Positions 26,053-37,400 of a stretch of DNA of 64,000 nucleotides are shown in pieces. Origin of the DNA: Octopus sinensis (lineage: Eukaryota); NCBI RefSeq assembly GCF_006345805.1, contig NC_043018.1:21948001-22012000 (forward strand), written 5' to 3'. Each line of letters opens with the position of its first letter. The first letter of the stretch is position 1. The position numbers were made by a program, and so were the translations under genes. The notes below the pieces were generated by a model. The model did not search any database. It was not told the origin of the DNA and worked only from the letters and a program-made list of their open reading frames with translations.

Positions 26053-27108
26053 CTTTTGTCAATTACTGGTTTTCAGTCATTAGACTATGGCCATGCTAGA
26101 GCACTGCCTTGAAGAATTTCTGTTGAATGAATTGAATGTGATTCTTTATTTTTTAAGCTTAGTAATTTGGCAAAAAAGAGACCAATAGAATAATTACCAA
26201 GTTATAGAATGTAAGTACTCCAGCACCAATTGTCATGCAGTAGTTGGGGTACAAACATAGAAACAAAGACACACACACACACACAGATATATGGGAGACT
26301 CCCTTGGTCATGAATGACCATGGGATTGCACCTAGAAAGTTACCCTCCGAGATACAAGTCCGGGCAAGGTTGTTTATGGAAAACCAGGAGCCGCTCATGC
26401 ATACCAGCACTCCGTTGGTTACGACGACGAGGGTTCCGGTTGATCCGAATCAACAGAACAGCCTGCTCGTGAAATTAACGTGTAAGTGGCTGAGCACTCC
26501 ACAGACACGTGTACCCTTAACGTAGTTCTCGGGGATATTCAGCGTGACAAGGCCGGCCCTTTGAAATACAGGTACAACAGAAACAGGAAGTAAGAGTGAG
26601 AGAAAGTTGTGGCGAAAGAGTACAGCAGGGATCACCACCATCCCCTGCCGGAGCCTCGTGGGGCTTTTAGGTGTTTTCGCTCAATAAACACTCACAACGC
26701 CCGGTCTGGGAATCGAAACCGCGATCCTATGACCGCTAGTCCGCTGCCCTAACCACCTTTTGTCAATTACTGGTTTTCTGTCATTAGACTATGGCCATGC
26801 TGGAGCACTGCCTTGAAGAATTTTTATTGAATGAATTGAATGTGATACTTTATTTTTTAAGCTTGGTAATTATTCTATTGGTCTCTTTTTGCCAAATTAC
26901 TAAGTTATAGAATGTAAGTACTCCAGCACCAATTGTCATGTAGTAGTTGGGGTACAAATATAGACACAAAGACACACACACACAGATATATGGGAGACCC
27001 ACTTGGTCATGAATGACCATGGGATTGCACCTAGAAAGTTACCCTCTGAGATACAAGTTTGGGCAAGGTTATTTTATGGAAGACCAGCAGTCTTCCATGC
27101 ATACTGGC
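26053..27108. repeat. ~355-bp direct repeat (26053-26408, 26757-27108) flanking a minus-strand SINE (26408-26756)
   Basis: Colinear copies; 26158-26201 is the reverse complement of 26862-26904. Confidence 0.9.
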
Positions 27109-27423
27109 CTCCCCTCTTCATGCCACTGATGTTATCCAAGGGAAAGGCAAAGACCATACAGCTTGGCATGTAAAAAGCACCATCCATCCGTGGCCGTTTG
27201 CCAGCTCCGTCTGGCATGTAAAAAGCACCCACTGCACTCACGGAGTGGTTGGCATTAGGAAGGGCATCCAGCCATAGATACATTGCCAGATCAGACTGGG
27301 CCTGGTGCAGCCTTCTGGCTTCCCAGACCCCAGTTGAACCGTGCTAGCATGGAAAGCGGACGTTAAATGATGATGATGATGATATACACACATGTACACA
27401 CACACAAGGGTTGGCTGAAAAGC

Positions 27424-28125
27424 TAGATGCTAGATTTTTTGTCAGAATTACAAATTTTGAAAACACAATAGGAACAAATTTCGGAAAAAAATCTCCCATA
27501 ATTCACGGAATTAAAATTACACTTCGATTTTTGTACAAAACTGTATTTGAAGTGTTTACGAAGTATAATACGTGTTTTCACGAATGTACTAAAGAGATTT
27601 ACTCTGATATTCTCATTTAAATATGAATAGGTAAATTCGGGCGGTTTGGTAACGAAAGGGTTTATATAAGTGTCGTCTGTTTATACATAAACACTGTTTC
27701 ATACTTTCAGTTTAGTCCTCCTCAAATCACTCTGTCGCTAATTTACACTCTTCCAAGAACATTTTCACTCACTTTTATCTGTTAGCTTCCCATACATTTT
27801 ACTCATGTATCTATCAGCGTGATAGACAGAAACAACAAATCACTCTGTCGCTATTTACTTTCATTTTATTCGTTGCACACTGTGTGTGTGCGTTTGCGTG
27901 TGGTGTAAACCAGACTAAGAAAAGTATTTGACACACACACCAGAATGTGAGTTTTCTGTAAATTTTGCTTAATTGGAGTTTAAATTTTAAAAACTGGACC
28001 TGGCATGACGCGATGCATTGTACTCTTAAAAATGCTAGGTAAATTGTAATTGAAGAAATCCTATATTGTAGATTTGTATAACTCCCAAAGGGAGGCAGAT
28101 AAAATCTGCCTTTTATAATAAGAGA
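27424..28125 (-). mobile_element. Possible non-autonomous Helitron nested in the mariner
   Basis: Minus 5' end TCTCTTATTATAAAAGGCAGA; CTAG near 27423-27433; 3' hairpin not clear. Confidence 0.35.
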
Positions 28126-28791
28126 CTAGTAGAAAGAAGGGTTTAGCCCTCCCAAGGACATTCATGCTGACATGGTTGCTACATTAGGGGGTGACACTCC
28201 AGATTTATCAACTGTGCAAGCATGGTATGCTGAATTTAGAGGGGTCATGCAGGTGTGTGTGAACGTTGGTGACATCATTAATGCGATGAAGTTTATTTAC
28301 TTAAAAAAGGGGAAATAACCATGAGTTATCTCCCCCTTCGCATCGTTAGCAGCTAGGTGGCACTGAACGGCATAGCTATAAAAGACAGACGTCTCCATGC
28401 TCAAATGAGTTGCGTTTTTGTTCTTACGGATACACACGTTGACTCAAGCAGAACATTTCTTTCTGGGCTGATCTACATTTTCAAGTCTAAGCATGGTAGC
28501 TGAAACTAGCTAAACTAATTTCTTTGGGACTCTCTTGTTCTCATATTACGCACTGGTGGCAGACAATACAATCGGTCGTTAGATAAGTACTTTCCTGTGA
28601 TTTATTCTAGTGTCAATTTGTTATATTGACCTAAAGTCTGGCAACATGCACTCAACAAATCCTTAAGTGAATTGCAACCAGCATTCAACTGTACAAAAGT
28701 GAGCAGCTGAATTTAGAAGAGAAGAGAGCGTCTTTAAGATGACCTTAAGGTCTGGACATCCTGCAACTGCCAACACCAAAGAGAATATTGA

Positions 28792-29005
28792 AGGCGGTGA
28801 GCTGGCAGAAATGTTAGCACGCCGGGCGAAATGCTTTCATCTGCCGCTACATTCTGAGTTCAAATTCCGCCGAGGTCGACTTTGTCTATCATCCTTTCTG
28901 GGTCAATTAAATAAGTACCAGTTAGGCACAGGGGTCGTTATAATCGACTTAATCTGTTCGTTTTTTCCGCTCTGTGTGTAGCCCCTTGTGGGCAGTAAAG
29001 AGATA
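28792..29005 (+). mobile_element. Nin/Deu-domain-type SINE with 10-bp TSD, inserted in the mariner ORF
   Basis: AGAATATTGA at 28782-28791 and 29006-29015. Confidence 0.85.
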
Positions 29006-29460
29006 AGAATATTGATCATGTTCCCCACATGGTGATGGATAACAGGCAATAAGCTATAAATCAAATAGCCAATGTTATTAGTATATCTCATGAGAGAGTT
29101 GAGAATACTCTGTACAATGCACTTGACACGACGAAGCTTACTGCTCAGTGGATGCCATGTCTTCTGACACTTGATCGAAAGCATCATGGGAAACCCTGAC
29201 ATTGTTTCAGGCAGATCCAGCTGGTTTCCTTGAAGGTTTCTCAACCTAGATGAGTGCTGGGTTCAACTTTTGAGCCAGAAACATAGAGACAATCTATGTA
29301 GTAGAAACACCACTCCTCACCTGCTCCAAAGAAGGCCAAAGTCGTTTCATCTTCAGGGCAAGTGATGGCCTCAGTTTTTTTCGGATACAAAAGGGAGTGT
29401 GTTTATTGACTTTCTTCAAAAGGGCCACAACCATCAGTGGAGAGCACTATGTCCACTTGC

Positions 29461-29740
29461 TCTCTTTTACTTGTTTCAGTCATTTGACTGCGGCCATGCT
29501 GGAGCACCGCCTTTAGTCGAGCAAATCGACCCCGGGACTTATTCTTTGTAAGCCTAGTACTTATTCTATCGGTCTCTTTTGCCGAACCGCTAAGTGACAG
29601 GGACGTAAACACACAAACATATATACGACGGGCTTCTTTCAGTTTCCGTCTACCAAATCCACTTGCCCAAGATGCCACACAGTGGGACTGAACCCGGAAC
29701 CATGTGGTTGGTTAGCAAGCTACTTACCACACAGCCACTC
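29461..29740 (-). mobile_element. CORE-like SINE (internally deleted) inserted in the mariner ORF
   Basis: Family match. Confidence 0.8.
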
Positions 29741-30189
29741 GAGGCAATTATGAAAGGCTATCAAGACCAAACAACCAGGACAACTGACAAAAGGGGTCTT
29801 ATTTCATGAGGACACACAAATCCTTGGTTTTAATGGCTGGCGTGCATGTCTGTGGCTTAGAACTGGTTGATCACACTCCCTATTCTCCTAATTTGGCCTC
29901 ATCTGACTATCATCTGTTCCCCAACATGGTAAAAAAAACACCTGTGGGAAGCAGAGATGATGATGAAGTTTTTGGTCAACAGAATGAAAGATTTTTCATC
30001 AATGGGAACCAAGCATTGCAACATTGGTGGAAGATGTGTGTGGACTGCAGGGGGAACTGTTGAACCTTAAACATCATTTGGTCACAATTCATGAGATTAT
30101 CTTGGTCAGCTGATAAACTTTTTAGCCAACTCTCATGCGTATGTATGAGACCAGCCAAAAGGTGGTAAGAAGATCAAGCAAAGACGGCT

Positions 30190-30345
30190 GCAACTAGCTG
30201 GTCATTTCATGCGCCACCCTGAACTGGAAGCATCCGAATTAGTCTTGTGGAACCCACAAGAGGAAAACGTCATCACACTTACATGGACAACTTGATTGCA
30301 GACACTGGCTTGGAATGTATCCAGGAGCTTAAGGAAGTGTTGTAG
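30190..30345 (+). mobile_element. RTE-type LINE C-terminal fragment
   Basis: LAGHFMRHPELEASELVLWNP...TYMDNLIADTGL. Confidence 0.5.
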
Positions 30346-30516
30346 GTGGACTTTGTCGCTGTGACCTGGGCTGGAACCCAGCCATAACAATAATAACTGT
30401 TGCTGAAAAAAAAATAGTTGCAGAAAGAGATGTGAACTCTACAAGCTGTAGCTTGGGCAACCCATCCGGGGTTGAAGTAATTTAGAATGAAAACTGGAAC
30501 AGTGTTAACAGATGTC

Positions 30517-30896
30517 AGGCGGAGGAGTAGCTGTGTGGTAAGTAGCTTGCTTACCAACCACATGGTTCCGGGTTCATTCCCACTGAGTGGCACCTTGGGC
30601 AAGTGTCTTCTACTATAGCCTCGGGCCGACCAAAGCCTTGTGAGTGGATTTGGTAGACGGAAACTGAAAGAAGCCCGTCGTATATATATATATGTGTGTG
30701 CGTGTGTGTTTGTCCCCCTAGCATTGCTTGACAACCAATGCTGGTGTGTTTATGTCCCCGTCACTTAGCGGTTCGGCAAAAGAAACCGATAGAATAAGTA
30801 TTGGGCTTACAAAGAATAAGTCCCGGGGTTGAGTTGCTTGACCAAAGGCGGTGCTCCAGCATGGCCGCAGTCAAATGACTGAAACAAGTAAAAGAG
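30517..30896 (+). mobile_element. CORE-like tRNA SINE, full length
   Basis: Family match. Confidence 0.85.
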
Positions 30897-31080
30897 ATGT
30901 ACTTCATCCTCCTCCACATCATCCCACTTATCACATAAACTGCTAGAAACAGCAGCAGCAAACCCTTCCTCAAACTGGACCCTAATGACATAGCCCTAGA
31001 TGCACAAAAAAACAACATGGTAATGACTGGATTGTCTCTCGCCATAAATGTACTCAATCAGGGTAGACTCGTGGCTAAAT

Positions 31081-31139
31081 AACAACAGAAAAACTGAAGA
31101 CAATACAACAAAACAGATTCAGTAATCAGGCTTTTTAAT
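31081..31139 (-). terminator. Ferritin polyadenylation signal and downstream GU/U-rich element
   Basis: ATTAAA at 31134-31139, about 187 nt after the stop, followed by TGTTTTGTTGTATTGTCTTCAGTTTTTCTGTTGTT. Confidence 0.65.
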
Positions 31140-31325
31140 TCAATACACCAAGGAATAGAATACACGCTAAAATTAGGAAGCCATTTAGAAAACAGCTAAG
31201 AAGCTTGTAGAGGAACGTTAGAAAAAAAAAAAAAAAAAAAGGGACAGCAGGTTTGTTACTTTAATTCACGAAGAAATTCCTATGAGTAGCTTTGTCTTGG
31301 TGCATTCTTGTAAGTAAAAGTGAGT

Positions 31326-31463
31326 TTAGCTTTCAAGTTGCCTGTCAAACAAGTACTCGCCAAGACCACCACCAACACGTTTCAGGTTGGTAATGTGGTC
31401 AGAAAGAACCTTGATGTCATCGACCTGTTCAGCAAGATATTCGCTTTCAATGAAGTCCATCAT
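31326..31463 (-). CDS. FTH1: Ferritin coding exon 4 (aa 127-171 + TAA)
   Basis: Acceptor CTTTCTCTCTACAG; [16 protein letters not shown]...[16 protein letters not shown]; stop TAA at 31326-31328. Confidence 0.97.
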   Translation of the reverse strand: MMDFIESEYLAEQVDDIKVLSDHITNLKRVGGGLGEYLFDRQLES

Positions 31464-34400
31464 CTGTAGAGAGAAAGAAAAAGAAGTTTATTAAAAAAAA
31501 ACCCCAAAAATCTAGAGACAGACAGATCTACTGTATTTGATGACATGTAAGATGTACTTTTCCTTCCCAAGATATGTCTCAAAAAAATTCCCACAGGTGA
31601 AGTTGGGTCACCCATGATGAACTTTTAACTCTTTAGCATTTCAATGCCAGCATGGAAAGTGGATCTTAAATGATGATGATGATGATTATTGTCATAATTA
31701 ATGCATATTTATTCACATTGTTTTGGATATAGGCGCAGGAGTGGCTGTGTGGTAAGTAGCTTGCTTACCAACCACATGGTTCCGGGTTCATTCCCACTGC
31801 ATGGCACCTTGGGTAAGTGTCTTCTACTATAGCCTCGGGCCGACCAAAGACTTGTGAGTGGATCTGGTAGATGGAAACTGAAAGAAGCCCATAGTATATG
31901 TGTGTGCCTGTGTTTGTCCCCACAACATCACTTGACAACTGATGGTGGTGTGTTTATGTCCCCATAACTTAGCAGTTCGGCAAAAGAGACGACAGAATAA
32001 GTACTAAGCTTCCAAAGAATAAGTCATGGGGTCGATTTGCTTGACTAAAGGCAGTGCTCCAGCATGGCCGCAGTCAAATGACAACCAAGTAAAAGAGATT
32101 AATTATGCATTATCTTGTAGCTTTGAGATTTCAATGATGGGATTGTTTGTTTGTAGAGTGACATTGCAGGATAGGTGCAAGAGGCTGAATCTAGCCAGTT
32201 TAAAACATAAGACAGAATATTTCGGCTGGTTTGAATGTTAAATGGTTAAGTGGCTCTGTTGGTTATGATAACGAGGGTTCCAGTTGATCCAATCAACAAA
32301 ACAGCCTGCTCGTGAAATTAACATGCAAGTGGCCGAGTATTCCACAGACACGCATACCCATAACATGGTTCTCAAGAGGATTCAGCATGACAAGGTTGGC
32401 CCTTTGAAATACAGACACAACTCATTTTTTGCCAACTGAGTGGACTGGAGCAACAAGAAATGTATTTTGCTGAATGACACAACATGCAGCCAGGTATTGA
32501 ACTCATGACCTTAAGATCTCTAGCTGAATACCCTAACCACTTGGCCACATGCCTTCATAAGACTTTAATGAACTAAAAACGTTTTTTTTCCCACCCTGAA
32601 CATATACTGTTGAAATTGGAGTATCTTATATACCCTTGCATTGTTTATGCCATCAAATATGGTCAGTTACAACAAGCTGCCACCCCACCTAGTAACCAGC
32701 CATCCCAGAAATGACCATCTTGTCTCTTCGGTATGTTTGTTCCTTCTCGAGCCATGCCTGGCTCATAAGGGCTGGTTTCCTGGTCTGTCGCAGGAAAGGA
32801 GACAACCCCTTGTTCATGTATTATTTGTTTCCTAAGAGCTTCATAGATGTAAGATCCAGACAATTTTGAGTTACGAAAGATAGTAGTGTTTCTTGCCTGC
32901 ATGGGAAAGTGGAAACTAAATAATATGTATTTCTTTATTACCCACAAGGGGCTAAACACAGAGGGGACAAACAAGGACAGACAAACGGACCAAGTCGATT
33001 ATATCAACCCCAGTGCATAACTGGTACTTATTTAATCGACCCTGAAAGGATGAAAGGCAAAGTCGACCTCGGCGGAATTTGAACTCAGAACGTAACGGCA
33101 GACGAAATACAACTACGTATTTTGCCCGGCGTGCTAACGATTCTGCGAGCTCACCACCTAAATAATATGGTCATACACATACAACACACATCCTTTTGAA
33201 TATGTGTGGGTTCCACTAAAACTTTTTTGAAAGAGTGGGAGAGAGAAATGAGGGGAGGTATATATTTTCTGTATTGCAAGTAAGATAAAAATAAATTACC
33301 TGGGCGTCGTTATGACTATCAGCTATCTTGTGCAGTTCCAGAAGGGATCCGTTGACCTTCTTTTCCAGAGCAAGAGCTGCTTCCATGGCGTCCAGAGCTG
33401 TTCCCCAATCATCATTATCAGGTTTCTGAGAAAAAAATTAGAGCAACAAAAACTTCGTTAATTTTGACAGTGCAAAACAAAAAAAACACACCACTCCATT
33501 TCTACCACTTATTACCCACAGGTCCTTATGCAGTAGTGAGGAGTAGAGATTACTTATCTCTGTTAAAACAATCCAACAAAATAGTGGCCTAGTGGTTAAG
33601 GCTGTTGCACTTGCAATCACCAGGTTGTAGGTTTGATTCCCTGACTGGGCAACGCATTGTGTTCTTCAGCTAAACACTATTTCATGTTGTTCAAGTCCCC
33701 ACTTTCAATCAGAGGAGAGAGGGAAGGAGGGGTGCTGGCATCACCCGAAGGCTAAAGTGATGCAAAGTGCACTGTGATCATCGATGTGTAACAACACCTG
33801 ATAGTCCAGTTGGTCATGTCAGATCGGTTTGGCATATATCACGTTTATTAAATAATATATATATACTGGGGATAAATATTATTTCTCAATAATTTTCACA
33901 TATATATACGTATATATAGTTAATCCAAGCATGAAAACACAACAACGCGAGGACGTGGAACAAATATAGTATTATTGGATGCTCAGGAAGGAAGGGAAGA
34001 AGGAGGGTTTCGAGCAGAGCTCTTCACCAGAAACATAGGAAAAGGGGGAAGACAGGTATAAAAAAAAAAAAAGCGCCAACGGTACACACGCGGTCACTCT
34101 ATTCTCTAAACTGATATCAATTATTTTCCTGTTCATTTTTTCCTTTCTGTTGTACATACATAAATATATACACACATAAATATATACCCCTCATTGGTTG
34201 GTAGTCAATGTTGGCTTGCTTATACCAACTGTAAGCTGGAGGTTTAGCAAAAAAGAGACAGATGATACAAAACTTCAATATTATATTTGAAAAATCCAGT
34301 CCTGCTCTGCAGCACTTTGAGCAAATGTCTTCTACTTATAGCCCTGGGCTGACCAAAACCTTGCGAGTAGATTTGGTGGATGGAAACTGAAATAAGCCTA

Positions 34401-37400
34401 TCATATACACACATACACGTGTGGCTGTATCTTTGTCCTGACATCAAGTGATGGTTGTAAATAAGCACCACTGTCATACAAGCGGGGTTGTTTGTTTCTA
34501 GTTATCTGTGGAAAACATGTCCAACCACGGGGGGGGGGGGGGAGAATATTGTTAGGAAACCGGTGAGGGTTGGTGACAGGGAGAGCTTCCAGCCATAGAA
34601 AATCTACCTCAATAAATCACCATCTGAGCCACGTAAGCATGAAAAAGCAGACATTAAATAACAATTGTTATTATTATTATTATTATTACTAACCTCAACT
34701 TGCTTCAGAAGGATTCTTCCACCCCTCTTGTTCTGATATTTCATGAACTTCTCAGCATGTTCTTTCTCTTCTTCAGATCTCTTCTGAAAGAATTTGTACA
34801 ATCCTTTCAGGGCGACATCATCGCGATCAAAGTAAAATGCCTGAAAAGTTAAAGAAACAACAATAAATTAATCAAATGGAGATTCCTTTTACGTATTTCA
34901 ACATAATTTTCTTCAACTCTTCCGGTGCCAACCTGCCTAAAACCAAACCTGAGAATTCAAAGTGGTTGTGTTTAGATTTTAAAATTCAGTTACCAAGGAA
35001 TAGAATACATGCTAAAAAATAGGAAACCATTTCTAAAACATCTAAGAATCGTGTAGAGGAACATTAAAAAAAAAAAAAAAAAAGATTTATTACTTGAATT
35101 TACAAAGAATTTCCTGTGAGTAGCTTTGCCTTAGTTGCAAGCATGAAAACGTGGACCTTAATCCTTTACATTATTTAAATTTGACAGATATTTGTCCTCA
35201 TCTTGTTTGTAGTTAACACAATGTTTCGGCCGATATACCCTCCAGCCTTTGCCGTGTGTCTTGGGGAAATTTCGAACCTGGCGAGGGCTACTAACCCCAA
35301 GATTCTGAGTTTGATTCCAGGTAGTGACCTGAATAATAATAATAGTAACAACAACATTGAAAAATACCTTAGGAATGAGAACCTAAGTTTGAAATTTCCT
35401 CAAGACACCTGACGATGGCTGGGGGGTATATCAGCCGAAACGTGTTAACAACAAACAAGATGAGGACAAATATCCATCAAATGTAAATAATTCCTCATCT
35501 CTTAAATATAGAATTGTTTTAATCCACAGGAGTGGCTGTGTGGTAAGTAGCTTGCTTACCAACCACATGGTTCCGGGTTCAGTCCCACTGCGTGGCATCT
35601 TGGGCAAGTGTCTTCTGCTATAGCCTCGGGCCGACCAATGCCTTGTGAGTGGATTTGGTAGACGGAAACTGAAAGAAGCCTGTCGTATATATGTATGTGT
35701 GTGTGTTTGTCCCCCCACCATCGCTTGACAACCGATGATGGTGTGTTTACGTCCCCGTCACTTAGCGGTTCGGCAAAAAGAGACCGATAGAATAAGTACT
35801 GGGCTTACAAAGAATAAGTCCCGGGGTCGATTTGCTCGACTAAAGGTGGTGCTCCAGCATGGCCGCAGTCAAATGACTGAAACAAGTAAAAGAGTGAAAC
35901 TGGTCATATCTGGCTCCAAATTTTCTACCTGTTTTATGCTCACACTGGCCAGATCTGGCCGTATCCCTGCTTACAAGTGTAACTTCAGTTTCACATATAG
36001 TGAGATGAGAATGTTAAGAGCTCTGTTGTATGTGTTGCAGTCTGCAATATACTTGAACACTTTGGGGCCAATGTGATTGGCGAGCAGCTGGAACTTATCT
36101 TCTTCCGCTGCATCGAGTGATTTTAGATAGTGTAAGAAGCACCAACCGATCGTGGCCGTTGCCAGCTCCCCACCACTTGGCACCTGTGTCGGTGGCATGT
36201 AAAAAGCACCCACTACACTCACGGAGTGGTTGGCGTTAGGAAGAGCATCCAGCTGTAGAAACACTGCCAGATCAGACTGGAGCCTGGTGCAGCCTCCTGG
36301 CTCGTAAAAAGCACTAACTGATCATGGCCGTTGCCAGCCCCCCGCCCCTTGGCATCTGTGCCGGTGGCCATGTAAAAAGCACCCACTACACTCACGGAGT
36401 GGTTAGCGTCAGGAAGAGCATCCAGCTGTAGAAACACTGCCAGATCAGACTGGAGCCTGGTGCAGCCTCCTGGCTTCCCGGACGAACTGTCCAACCCATG
36501 CTAGCATGGAAAACGGACGTTAAACGATGATGATGATGTTGAAGTAAGGTACGGTTGACATGGAAATGTTCTGGGTGTAGTGCTTTGTCCATCAGGAGAG
36601 TAAGTTGCAGTAAGTCTGGTTAACAAACTGGTGAGATTGTTGAATACAGAAGACTGGAAATGACTGGCTGTAAATAGGCTTTACTCTTCTAAGAACGAGG
36701 GTATCGTATCTGTCATTAGTTATTGTAGTTGTGAATCTTTCGGACCAGGAGCCAGCCATGTTTAGGTATGATTCCAAAGCCTTGTTTTGTAACTGGCTGG
36801 CAAGACATCATCATCATTTAGCGTCCGCTTTCCATGCTAGCATGGGTTGGACGGTTCAACTGGGGTGTGTGAAGCCAGAAGGCTGCACCAGGCTCCATTC
36901 TGATCTGGCAATGTTTCTACGGCTGGATGCCCTTCCTAACGCCAACCACTCCGTGAGTGTAGTGGGTGCTTTTTACGTTTTCTGCTATAGGCACAGGGCC
37001 TGAAATTTTTGGGGAAGGGGAAGAGCTGATTACATCAACCCTGAAAGGATGAAAGGCAAAGTCAACCCCGGCGGAATCTGAATGTAGGAATGGGCAAAAT
37101 ATCACCAACCATTTCATCCAGCATGCTAATGATTCTGCCAATTTGCTGCCTTAATAATAATAATAATAATCCTTTCTACTGTAGACACAAAGCCTCAGAT
37201 TAGGGGATTAGTTGATTACATCAACCCCAGTGTTTCACTGGTATTTAATTTATCAACTTTAAAAGGATGAAAGGCAGTCGATCTCAGCAGAATTTGAACT
37301 CATAACACAGTGTTAGGTGAAATACCTATTTCTTCATTACCCAAAAGGGGCTAAACACAGAGGGGACAGACATAGGTATTAAGTCGATTACATCGGCTCC

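Larger units (their letters stand above)
27404..30136 (+). mobile_element. Decayed mariner (DD34D) element with nested insertions
   Basis: Transposase remnants RSGHPATANTKENI, DECWV, PKKAKVVSSSGQVMASVF, HTPYSPNLASSDYHLFPNM; candidate TIRs AGGGTTGGCTGAAAAG and CTTTTTAGCCAACTCT; left boundary tentative. Confidence 0.75.

Noticed and set aside
30761-31057. 98-aa hydrophobic ORF just downstream of ferritin
   Set aside because: Second half is SINE sequence; no recognisable domain, promoter or splice support.
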